Shown one piece after another: positions 55,589 to 64,000 of a stretch of 64,000 nt of DNA. The notes beneath the pieces are model-generated. The model was not told where the DNA came from. It made no database searches and worked only from the letters and a program-made list of their open reading frames with translations. The stretch is taken from assembly GCA_037190965.1 (NCBI GenBank), contig JBBCKI010000029.1:1-64000 (forward strand), in the 5' to 3' direction. Source of the stretch: Chthoniobacteraceae bacterium. Its GTDB lineage: Bacteria > Verrucomicrobiota > Verrucomicrobiia > Chthoniobacterales > Chthoniobacteraceae. The first letter of the stretch is position 1, and each line of letters begins with the position of its first letter. The position numbers and the translations under genes are program-made.

Positions 55589-58176
55589 GCCAACGGATAT
55601 GGAGTGAGGTGGCCGGTCACCTTGCATGGCTGGTGGTTTCAATCCTCGCCTTTGCTCCTGCTGCGGGAGCTTCAAAGGATTTCCCCCCTAAATTTGAAGA
55701 CGCGGTGCAGGATGGCAAAGGAATGGTCTGGGCCATAAACCGTTGGGAGGGAAACCATCTGTTTACCTTCGACGGGAAAGACTGGAGATCGGTCTTCATC
55801 AAGTTTCCCTCAGTCGATGAGGCAATGCCGATGCGGCTGGCAAAGACGAAGGATGGGACGGTAATGGGGGTCTGGAAGTTGGGGGAGGAGCGGGTTGGAG
55901 TCACGCAACACCGGGTGGGTCAATCCAGGATCGTGTCGGAGAGGCCGGGCTCGATTCCCGGTAGCGGACTTCAAAGCGAGCTGTTTCTGGATTCTCGGGA
56001 TCATTTATGGTTTTCGGATAGCACGCGAGGGATTCATTGTGTGGGCGCGAGGGAGGAAGATTCTTTCCGGTATGAACTGAAGCCGGAAGCCTTTCTTTCC
56101 TCAAAACGCAAGAGATGGGATGGCTATAACGTCTCCCGGATGGTTGAGGACGAGAAGGGGCGGGTCTGGGTATGGACCAATGGGGCGTCTGCGGCTTCCA
56201 ACTATGCATCGATCCGAGGAGTCTTGCTTTTCGAGGGAAGGGAGGCGCGGCAGATCGAGGGGTTCGAGGGGATCAAGGGGCAGTTATTCTCCGGGATCGC
56301 TCAGAAAGCTCCCGGTGAAATGTGGGTAGGGGTGCCGAGCGAAGGTTTGTTCATTCTGAATACGGAAACATGGAATGCGACGCCGGTTGAGGAGCCCGCG
56401 CCGGGGGCTTTCCAGCGCGTGCAGGAGATCTTCCAAATGGGGGGAGAGTGGCATGTGGTGGGGCGGTTGCCCGATGGGACGAATACTCTATGGCGGTTGC
56501 GGGGAGAGAAATGGGAGTCCGTGGTGGAGCGGCTTGATGTCCATGGTAACGGCATGGCATGGCGGCTTCCCCGTTACTGGGTGCAATGCGGCGAGTACTT
56601 TCTCCTCCAGGCTTCCGGTCATGGCCCTTGGGTGATTCCGAAAACGGGGGCAGGGGCACCGGTGTTACTTGATTGGAGAAGCGGTTTCCCGGTGGAGGCA
56701 AGCTGGGGGTTGTTTCCTTTTCCCGATGGCAAGTTCCTCGCCATTGGACATGGGGCAAAGATGGCTTACGTTCCCATCCCGCTTCCTCCAAAGCCTAATG
56801 GGCTTGCGAGGATTACGGAGGTGCCGATTCGATGGAATTGGGAAATCGGAGTGGATCAGCATTTGTGGGCTTTCTTCGAAGGAGAAGAGCCGCTGATGGA
56901 ATGGGATGGGACAAAGTGGCATCGGCATTCGCTTCCCGAGGGGATGGCACAACGATCCAGCAGTGGGGTGGCATGTGATCGCCAGGGGCGGGTCTGGGTG
57001 ATGCCAAACGGCAATAAGAAGGCCGGGTTCTTTGAATCAAAGAAGAAGGAGTGGGTGACTTTCGAAAGCTGGGAGTCCGCCTATGAAAACCTGCAGAAGC
57101 AGAAGAAGCTGCCGCACTGGGTAGGAAATAGTTCCGGAGGGTACATGGTGAATGTCAGCGCGGATGGCAGGCGCATGGCTTTCCAAAAGGGGTGGGCGAT
57201 CGCTTATTTCGACGGGTCCCGGTGGAAAGAGTGGAAGCGGCAGGAGATTGCCCCGAATCGGGGCTCCATCGGCGGGGCTCCCTTCTTTGACGATCAGGAT
57301 CGCCTTTCTTTGAATGTCGGGGAGGAGAGCTGGAATCTCACCGATTCGGGGGCTTGGGTCAAAGGGACGTATGAGGATCGGTATGCAGAGCGATACGGGT
57401 TCAAGTCTTCCAAGGCACCGATTCCTCCTCCAAGGGCTGATGTGACGACGCCTTGGGCCTCGGTTTATGACAATCATGGCAATGCCTGGGTAACGGAGAG
57501 GGGCGGGGGCCTTGCCAAGTATGTGGGTGAAGATCGAGCGATGATCTTTGCGCCGGATGTTCACTCTCCTTTTATCGTGCCCCGCATTTTTCAGAAGGCA
57601 TGGGTGGATCCGAGGGGAAACCTGTTTCTCCAAACGGCTTCGAACTCCCAGAACTATTGGATGGTAGCCGCAGGCTTCCCGCTTCCAAAGACCTCGTTGA
57701 AAGTCAGGAAGACGGAGGTGGATGGGGTGGAACTGACCATGAAGGTCGAAACGCCGGGCAAGGCCCGGGTTTACTGGCGGATCGATGATGGGCCTTGGCA
57801 GTCGACTAGCGAGGAAGTGTTGATCCTTGATTCGATTCCCTCCGGGAAACATCGCGTCACAGCCTACGCAGTCGATGAGGAGTTGCAGAAGGAGGCGATC
57901 CCGGGGACTGCTTCATTCAAGATCACCGTAGATCCCGTGCGACAGATAAAGAGGTTGGTGAAGCAGTTGGAAGATCCCGACTATAACAGGCGGCGAGCCG
58001 CCGTGGCGGGATTGGCGATGCATCGGACGGCTGCGCTGCCTGCCCTCAAAGCCGCGCGCGCGAAGGCTTCCGATGACCTTCGCTGGTGGATCGACGCGAC
58101 GATCCAGCAAATCGAGCGGGCGGCGCAACGGGCCAAAGAAAACGGCGCTCCAGTGCCCCGGAGCGCCGTGAATTAA
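55582..58176 (+). CDS. Secreted beta-propeller repeat protein with Ig-like (Y_Y_Y-like) and HEAT-like C-terminal domains
   Basis: Repeated D..G.(V/L)W motifs, YWRIDDGPW...G.H.V..YAVD, LVKQLEDPDY..R..A...L. Start uncertain. Confidence 0.7.
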   Translation: MVSQRIWSEVAGHLAWLVVSILAFAPAAGASKDFPPKFEDAVQDGKGMVWAINRWEGNHLFTFDGKDWRSVFIKFPSVDEAMPMRLAKTKDGTVMGVWKLGEERVGVTQHRVGQSRIVSERPGSIPGSGLQSELFLDSRDHLWFSDSTRGIHCVGAREEDSFRYELKPEAFLSSKRKRWDGYNVSRMVEDEKGRVWVWTNGASAASNYASIRGVLLFEGREARQIEGFEGIKGQLFSGIAQKAPGEMWVGVPSEGLFILNTETWNATPVEEPAPGAFQRVQEIFQMGGEWHVVGRLPDGTNTLWRLRGEKWESVVERLDVHGNGMAWRLPRYWVQCGEYFLLQASGHGPWVIPKTGAGAPVLLDWRSGFPVEASWGLFPFPDGKFLAIGHGAKMAYVPIPLPPKPNGLARITEVPIRWNWEIGVDQHLWAFFEGEEPLMEWDGTKWHRHSLPEGMAQRSSSGVACDRQGRVWVMPNGNKKAGFFESKKKEWVTFESWESAYENLQKQKKLPHWVGNSSGGYMVNVSADGRRMAFQKGWAIAYFDGSRWKEWKRQEIAPNRGSIGGAPFFDDQDRLSLNVGEESWNLTDSGAWVKGTYEDRYAERYGFKSSKAPIPPPRADVTTPWASVYDNHGNAWVTERGGGLAKYVGEDRAMIFAPDVHSPFIVPRIFQKAWVDPRGNLFLQTASNSQNYWMVAAGFPLPKTSLKVRKTEVDGVELTMKVETPGKARVYWRIDDGPWQSTSEEVLILDSIPSGKHRVTAYAVDEELQKEAIPGTASFKITVDPVRQIKRLVKQLEDPDYNRRRAAVAGLAMHRTAALPALKAARAKASDDLRWWIDATIQQIERAAQRAKENGAPVPRSAVN

Positions 58177-58191
58177 ATAGCTTTTTTAGCC

Positions 58192-59835
58192 TTACTGAAC
58201 CTGCGGCAGCAAAATCCCGAGCAGGTCGGAGATTTTGACCCGTTCTTGCTTCATCGAGTCGCGATGACGCAGGGTGACGGTGCCTTCCAGTTCAGGGCCG
58301 TTTTCGCCAATGGTGTCGAAGTCGATGGTGACGCCGAACGGGGTCCCCGCTTCGTCCTGGCGACGATAGCGGCGGCCGATGGCTCCCGCGTCGTCGTAGA
58401 AGACGTTCATGTTCTGGCGCAGCAGATCGCGCACGGCGTGCGCCTTTTCCACCAGCGCCGGCTTGTTCTTGAGCAGCGGGAAGATGCCAACCTTGATCGG
58501 GGCGACCCTCGGGTGAAACCGCATGACGGTGCGCACCTCTTTGTTGCCCTTTTCGTCGGTGACTTCCTCTTCGGCGTAAGCGTTACAGATCAGCGCGAGC
58601 AGGAGGCGGTCCACGCCTGCCGAGGGCTCGATGACGTGCGCGAGGTATTTCACCCCGGCTTCCTGGTCGAAGATCTCCTGCGATTTGCCGGAGTGCTTCT
58701 GGTGTTGGCTCAGGTCAAAGTCGCCACGGGCGGCGACGCCTTCCAATTCCTGGGTGCCGAACGGGAATTTGTAGAGAATATCGACGGTCGCCTTGGCGTA
58801 GTGGGCCAGTTCGTCCTTCGTCTGCCAGTATTGCTCCAGGGTATCGCGGCTCAGGCCGATGCTCTCGTACCAGCGCATCCGCTGTTCCAGCCAGTAGCCG
58901 TGCCAGACTTCCCAGCCCCAGTTGGGCTGCGGCTCGGGGAATTCCGCGTTGTTTTCCGGCAACTTGGCGACTTCGCCGCACTGCTTCTCCACGACTTCGT
59001 CGGGCTTGATGAAGAACTCGAGTTCCATCTGCTCGAACTCGCGGGAGCGGAAGGTGTAGTTGCGCGGGTTGATCTCGTTGCGGAACGCCTTGCCGATCTG
59101 CGCGATACCGAAGGGGACCTTCTGGCGCGAGGTTTCGACGACGTTTTTATACTGCACGAAGATTGCCTGCGCGGTCTCGGGGCGGAGATAGACGGCGTTT
59201 TCCGCGCTTTCGACCGGGCCCGCGTGGCTCTTGAACATCAGGTTGAACATCCGGGGCTCCGTGAGGAGCGAGCCGTTCTCCGGGTTGTACCGGGTGCTGT
59301 TCTCGACCTTCTCGTTGGTCTCCCCAATCAGGACGGGGTTCTCCAGGCCGCGCTGAGCGTAGAACTGACTGGCCACTTTTCGGGCGCTCTCTGGCGGCTT
59401 GCCCGGGGCGAGCAGGACGGAGTAGGGCTCGCAGACTTCCTTGCCGGACGCCTCGTCGCGGGCACCGGTGTAGGAATAGGCGATGCCGGTTTGCGGTTCG
59501 ATTTGGTCGGCACGAAAACGCTTCTTGGTCAGGAGGCAGTCGACCATCGGGTCGGCGAAGGTATCGAGGTGGCCTGACGCTTTCCAGATCGACGGGTGCA
59601 TGATGATGCTGGCGTCCAGCCCCACGATGTCGTCACGCAGGCGCGTCATGCTCTTCCACCAGAGCTCCTTGACGTTCCGCTTCAGCTCCGTGCCGAGCGG
59701 ACCGTAATCCCAGAAGCCGTTGATACCGCCGTAAATCTCGCTGGAGGGGAAAATGAAACCGCGACGCTTGCAAAGCGACACAATCTTTTCCATGCGTTCG
59801 GTCTGTTTGATAACAGGTTGGGCGGGCTGAGTCAT
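58192..59835 (-). CDS. glyQS: Glycine--tRNA ligase (alpha2 type)
   Basis: CKRRGF, EIYGG..GFWDYGPLG, YLRPETAQ, GKAFRNEI.P, REFEQME, VIEPSAG.DR. Confidence 0.95.
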   Translation of the reverse strand: MTQPAQPVIKQTERMEKIVSLCKRRGFIFPSSEIYGGINGFWDYGPLGTELKRNVKELWWKSMTRLRDDIVGLDASIIMHPSIWKASGHLDTFADPMVDCLLTKKRFRADQIEPQTGIAYSYTGARDEASGKEVCEPYSVLLAPGKPPESARKVASQFYAQRGLENPVLIGETNEKVENSTRYNPENGSLLTEPRMFNLMFKSHAGPVESAENAVYLRPETAQAIFVQYKNVVETSRQKVPFGIAQIGKAFRNEINPRNYTFRSREFEQMELEFFIKPDEVVEKQCGEVAKLPENNAEFPEPQPNWGWEVWHGYWLEQRMRWYESIGLSRDTLEQYWQTKDELAHYAKATVDILYKFPFGTQELEGVAARGDFDLSQHQKHSGKSQEIFDQEAGVKYLAHVIEPSAGVDRLLLALICNAYAEEEVTDEKGNKEVRTVMRFHPRVAPIKVGIFPLLKNKPALVEKAHAVRDLLRQNMNVFYDDAGAIGRRYRRQDEAGTPFGVTIDFDTIGENGPELEGTVTLRHRDSMKQERVKISDLLGILLPQVQ

Positions 59836-59943
59836 AAGCAGATAGAAACTAGGCGCGTGAACTCACCACCCCCGGCGCGGGTTTGCAAGTTGAAACCGCT
59901 CCCAGGGGGGAGAACCTCCCTTCCCGGCCACCGGATCGCGGGA

Positions 59944-60423
59944 TCAGTGGGCCTCGGATTTCAACTCGGGAGCCCCGATACGCTTCAGGGTATAAGCCCG
60001 TTCGAGCACATCGGTATCGCCTGCGGCCACCGTCTCCAGGGATCCTCCATTTTTGATCACGACTTCCTTGGCGCGGATTTCCGCGACGTCGAAGATTGCC
60101 CCTGCGGGAGCCGTCATGGACCCCGTCTGTTGTCCACCGGTCATCACTGGGAACTCCAGGGAACGCCGGAGCTGGATCTGCCTCGGCCAGTAGCGGCGCT
60201 CGAGCGTGCCGAGATTGATCGGTTGCACTTCCGCATTCGTCGGCTCGGAAGGGGCGTTTGCCGCTTCCCGGGCGGCGGCTGCGGTCGCCGAGGCGTACTC
60301 CTCAGGCAGGTATTTGTCCAAATGACCCCGGATGTAGAGAAAATAAGCCAGTACGCCGATCAGGACGATGATCAGCAGATCCCAAAAAGAAACCCCGCCG
60401 CTTTGATAATCCCGCTTCTTCAT
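59944..60423 (-). CDS. Hypothetical membrane-anchored protein
   Basis: N-terminal TM segment (LLIIVLIGVLAYFLYI), Ala/Pro linker, small C-terminal domain ending TDVLERA. Confidence 0.7.
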   Translation of the reverse strand: MKKRDYQSGGVSFWDLLIIVLIGVLAYFLYIRGHLDKYLPEEYASATAAAAREAANAPSEPTNAEVQPINLGTLERRYWPRQIQLRRSLEFPVMTGGQQTGSMTAPAGAIFDVAEIRAKEVVIKNGGSLETVAAGDTDVLERAYTLKRIGAPELKSEAH

Positions 60424-60632
60424 AATTTGACAGTGACCAATCAGTTGACTCCATTCTGCTGCCCAAAGGAGCGCGGGGGATCTTCCGAAATCGCGGAAGA
60501 TGCATTCTCCTGAGGCTTGCGATCAGGAACGTCTTTACGCGGAAGTTTTCCGGCGCGAAAGTATTTTTTGTCCCATACTCATAAATCAACGAGGCTTGCC
60601 AACCGGCCCTGCCTTTTCCCAAAGTCAGGCCA

Positions 60633-61544
60633 ATGAGTTCCAACCCAACTGCCGATTTGACGAGCTATCTCCAGGCGCGAAGCACCGCTGTCGACAAGGC
60701 GCTGGATCGTTTTCTTCCCAAGGCGACTACGAAACCGGCCACTTTGCACAAGGCGATGCGCTATTCCCTCTTCGCGGGTGGCAAACGGCTGCGCCCCATC
60801 CTTTGCCTGGCCGCCGCCGAAGCCTGCGGTGGGGAGTCCGAGGCAACGATCGAGGCGGCCCTCCCGCTCGCCTGCGCGGTGGAATGCATTCACACTTATT
60901 CATTGATTCACGATGATCTCCCGTGCATGGACGATGACGATTTTCGCCGGGGCCGCCCCACCAGTCACAAGGTTTTTGGAGAGGGCGTGGCGGTGCTGGC
61001 AGGGGACGCTCTTTTGACGCTGGCCTTCGAGATTGTGGCGGGGGCTGCCGGATCGCCCCGTTATCCCGCCGCCGCGATGGTGGCGGAACTCGCCGGCGCT
61101 TCGGGCAGTCGCTGGCTCATCGCCGGGCAGGTGGCCGATCTGGAAGGCGAGGGGAAAAAAGCGACCCTTCGGGATCTCCGGTTCATTCACGAGGCAAAAA
61201 CTGCCGCGCTGCTCACCGCCTCCATCCGCCTCGGCGGCATGAGTGCCAATGCCACCCCTGCGAAGCTGGAGGGGCTCACTGTTTTCGGCAAAAACCTGGG
61301 GCTCGCCTTTCAGGTGATCGACGACATTCTCGATGTCACCCAGACCAGCGAAAAGCTTGGCAAAAGCGCCGGCAAAGATGTGGCCGCCCAGAAGTCGACC
61401 TACCCGAGCGTGCTGGGGCTTGAGAAATCGCGTAAGGAAGCCCAGCGTCTTACCGCCGTCGCGCTCGATGCCCTCAAGCCGTTCGGCAAAAAAGGGGAAG
61501 CGTTGCGCGCCATTGGCGATTATCTTCTTCAGCGAGAATATTGA
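60633..61544 (+). CDS. ispA: Polyprenyl (farnesyl/geranylgeranyl) diphosphate synthase
   Basis: GGKRLRP, SLIHDDLPCMDDDDFRRG, KTAAL, FQVIDDILD, GKD, KSTYP. Confidence 0.93.
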   Translation: MSSNPTADLTSYLQARSTAVDKALDRFLPKATTKPATLHKAMRYSLFAGGKRLRPILCLAAAEACGGESEATIEAALPLACAVECIHTYSLIHDDLPCMDDDDFRRGRPTSHKVFGEGVAVLAGDALLTLAFEIVAGAAGSPRYPAAAMVAELAGASGSRWLIAGQVADLEGEGKKATLRDLRFIHEAKTAALLTASIRLGGMSANATPAKLEGLTVFGKNLGLAFQVIDDILDVTQTSEKLGKSAGKDVAAQKSTYPSVLGLEKSRKEAQRLTAVALDALKPFGKKGEALRAIGDYLLQREY

Positions 61545-61603
61545 GTTTTCACCAAAAAAAGGATTGCAACCTGACCTCCAATCCCTAAATTCCCCGTCTT
61601 CCT

Positions 61604-61873
61604 ATGGCTAAAACAAGCTGGATTGAAAAAGAAAAACAAAAGCGCGCTACCGTCGAAAAGTACGCGGCCCTTCGCGCGGAGCTGAAGGCGAAAGGCGATT
61701 ATATCGCCCTCCAGCAGTTGCCGCGTAATGCCAGCCCTGTGCGCTGCACCAACCGTTGCCGGCAGAGCGGCCGCCGTCACGGTTACATCCGCCGCTTTCA
61801 ACTTTCCCGTATCGCCTTCCGCGAACTGGCCTCGCATGGGATGATTCCCGGCGTGACCAAGTCGAGTTGGTAA
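61604..61873 (+). CDS. rpsN: 30S ribosomal protein S14 (89-aa, non-zinc-ribbon type)
   Basis: [12 protein letters not shown]...[21 protein letters not shown]. Confidence 0.96.
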   Translation: MAKTSWIEKEKQKRATVEKYAALRAELKAKGDYIALQQLPRNASPVRCTNRCRQSGRRHGYIRRFQLSRIAFRELASHGMIPGVTKSSW

Positions 61874-62020
61874 TTCGGCAGGCGGGCTCGCCCGGGGATA
61901 AAACCGTGAAGCCATTGGCTTCTCCGGCACCGGGCACTCCCGTCCCCTTTGAAAACGCATTATTTTGCACATTTCGGCTCGCCATGGCTTCATGGCGAGC
62001 CTTTCCTTTTTGCTTCGGAT

Positions 62021-63400
62021 ATGAATCCGTTGACGCTGCTGGCCTCTTCTCCGGTCTTTGCCGGGGCAGAGTGGGAGTCGGTGGACACCATCTTTTGGAA
62101 GCTGCTCGTCATTGGGCTGCTTGTGTTTTTGAACGCCTTCTTCGTCGCTTCGGAGTTTGCGATCGTGAAGGTGCGTTCTTCTCAACTGGATTCATTGAGC
62201 GAAGAGGGGGACCCTCGTGCGCAGACCGGGAAGCAGATTCTCGGCGATCTTGACGCCTATCTCTCCGCGTGCCAGCTCGGGATCACTCTTGCCAGCCTCG
62301 GGCTGGGGTGGGTGGGTGAGCCGTTCCTGGCACGACTGCTGGAGCCGCTTTTCTATCTTGTGGGCATCAAGAGCCCGGCGATCATTCAGACGATCTCCTT
62401 CACCATCGCCTTTTCGCTCATCACGATCGCCCACATCATTCTTGGCGAGCAGGCACCCAAGATCCTCGCGATCCGTAAAGCGCTCCCCACGACGCTTTGG
62501 CTGAGTCGTCCGTTGCGGCTGTTCTATCTCGCCTTCCGGCCCGCGATTGTTTTCTTGAATTTCACCACCAACCTCATCCTTAGCCGTCTTTTCAAGCTGG
62601 AGCCGACTTCCGAGCATGAGTTGAGCCATAGTGAGGAGGAACTGCGCGTCATTCTCGCGGAAAGCGGCAAGAGCGATGAGGTCTCCACCCTCGGGAAGGA
62701 AATTCTCATCAACGCCCTCGACATGCGGCGGCGCATCGTCCGTGACATCACCACCCCCCGCGGCGATGTGGTCTGGCTGGATCTCGAAAACACCTTCGAG
62801 GAGAACCTCAAAATTGCGCAGGACTCCCGGCACACCCGGTTTCCGCTCTGCCAGGGCCACCTGGACAACACCATCGGGCAGGTCCACATCAAGGATCTCC
62901 TGCGCCTGACGCGCGAGGCTTCGCCGGATCTCCTTTCCATCAAACGCGAGATTTTTCCCGTGCCGGAAATGATGGCGCTGGAGAAGCTGCTCACCTTTTT
63001 CCTCAACAAACACGCGCATCTTGCGCTGGTCGTGGACGAGTTTGGCGGCACCGTCGGCATTGTCACCCTCGATAACGTGCTGGCGGAGCTGGTCGGCGAC
63101 ATTCAGGACGAGTTCGACGTGGAGAGTGCCGAGTACCGCAAGGTCAGCGACGACGAGTTTGTCGTGAAGGGCTCTCTGGGACTTTACGAGCTCAATGACC
63201 TTGCCGGGCTGGAACTGGAGAGCGCGGACGTCAGCACGATTGGCGGTTATGTCACCCATTTGATCGGCCATCTTCCGCAGCAGGGAGAGCGGACCCGCGT
63301 GGAGGACTATGAAGTCACGATCACCAAGAGTGACGGGCGGCGAGTCGAGATGCTTCATTTCAAACGCGCGCCGGAAAGCGGCGGCGTGGGCAAGGTTTGA
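62021..63400 (+). CDS. Hemolysin/CNNM family protein (DUF21-CBS-CorC)
   Basis: NAFFVASEFAIVKVR, QLGITLASLGLGWVGEP, GEQAPK, VVDEFGGTVGIVT, GDIQDE. Start at MNPLT. Confidence 0.92.
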   Translation: MNPLTLLASSPVFAGAEWESVDTIFWKLLVIGLLVFLNAFFVASEFAIVKVRSSQLDSLSEEGDPRAQTGKQILGDLDAYLSACQLGITLASLGLGWVGEPFLARLLEPLFYLVGIKSPAIIQTISFTIAFSLITIAHIILGEQAPKILAIRKALPTTLWLSRPLRLFYLAFRPAIVFLNFTTNLILSRLFKLEPTSEHELSHSEEELRVILAESGKSDEVSTLGKEILINALDMRRRIVRDITTPRGDVVWLDLENTFEENLKIAQDSRHTRFPLCQGHLDNTIGQVHIKDLLRLTREASPDLLSIKREIFPVPEMMALEKLLTFFLNKHAHLALVVDEFGGTVGIVTLDNVLAELVGDIQDEFDVESAEYRKVSDDEFVVKGSLGLYELNDLAGLELESADVSTIGGYVTHLIGHLPQQGERTRVEDYEVTITKSDGRRVEMLHFKRAPESGGVGKV

Positions 63401-63432
63401 CGCGCGGCCCTCGGGCGGGGCAGAATCCCGCA

Positions 63433-64000
63433 ATGAAAGATGGCCTCTCCGACACCCCGCGCAAGGCGCGGGTGCTCGTCGTGGATGATCACCCGTTGCT
63501 GCGGGGCGGCCTGGTGCAGTTGATCGCGGGAGAGCCCGACCTTGTTCTTTGCGGGGAAGCGGAGGATGCCGCGGGCACCATTCTGGCCGTGGACGACGAT
63601 CCCCCACCGGATCTTGTGATCCTCGACCTCATGCTCGGGAACTCCGATGGGCTGGAGCTCATCAAGCAGATCCGCGCCCTGCGTCCCGGGCTTTCCATTC
63701 TGGTCATCTCCATGCATGACGAGCTTATCTACGCGGAACGCGCCCTCCGGGCCGGGGCCGCGGGCTTCGTGATGAAAAAGGAGCCTCCGCAAGAGGTGCT
63801 CGCCGCCGCGAGGGCCATTCTGGGAGGTGGCCATTATTTGAGCGGGCGGATGCGCGTCCTTCTCGAAGGCAAAGGGTTGGCTGCGGAACCGGTGCGGTTT
63901 CTGGTGCCGGAAGCGGATCCGCCTCTATCGGATCGCGAGTTGCATGTCTTCCGGCTCATTGGAGCCGGGCTCCCGACGCGTGAGATCGCTCAGGAGTTGC
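63433..64000 (+). CDS. NarL/LuxR family response regulator (truncated at window end)
   Basis: Manual translation: VLVVDDHPLLRGGL, DLVILDL, SMHDE..YAERALRAGA.GFVMK, LSDRELHVFRLIG.G. Confidence 0.9.
   Translation, partial: MKDGLSDTPRKARVLVVDDHPLLRGGLVQLIAGEPDLVLCGEAEDAAGTILAVDDDPPPDLVILDLMLGNSDGLELIKQIRALRPGLSILVISMHDELIYAERALRAGAAGFVMKKEPPQEVLAAARAILGGGHYLSGRMRVLLEGKGLAAEPVRFLVPEADPPLSDRELHVFRLIGAGLPTREIAQEL

Overview
GC-rich bacterial chromosomal segment, most likely Verrucomicrobiota. This is inferred from three PEP-CTERM proteins, a PVC-type orphan pilin-like gene, PVC-type LacI regulators and an alpha2-type GlyRS. The housekeeping backbone is trpF, a secretin, leuB, rpsA, exbB/exbD plus a large TPR protein, uvrC, deaD, smpB, rpoZ, jag-yidC-yidD-rnpA-rpmH, GlyRS, ispA, rpsN and a hemolysin/CNNM gene. 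The main accessory block is a ~14 kb glycan-utilisation locus (20.0-34.4 kb) with a sialidase-like enzyme, two regulators, a lectin-like protein, a PEP-CTERM protein, a heparinase II/III-like lyase, a C-N hydrolase, an MDR dehydrogenase, an MFS transporter and a pilin-like protein. It has no SusC/D or TonB-dependent receptor, and its operon and pilin gene share the same 17-bp near-palindrome upstream. Other notable features are a structured attenuator-like leader at ~11.03-11.17 kb, tandem DUF4139 paralogues differing in a swapped 22-aa segment, a vapBC module, and at least three families of dispersed palindromic repeats (GTAG REP doublets, CTCGTT-type REPs, an IS982-like MITE). No rRNA, tRNA, CRISPR array, transposase or prophage was seen. 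All calls come from reading motifs by eye; no database searches were run.
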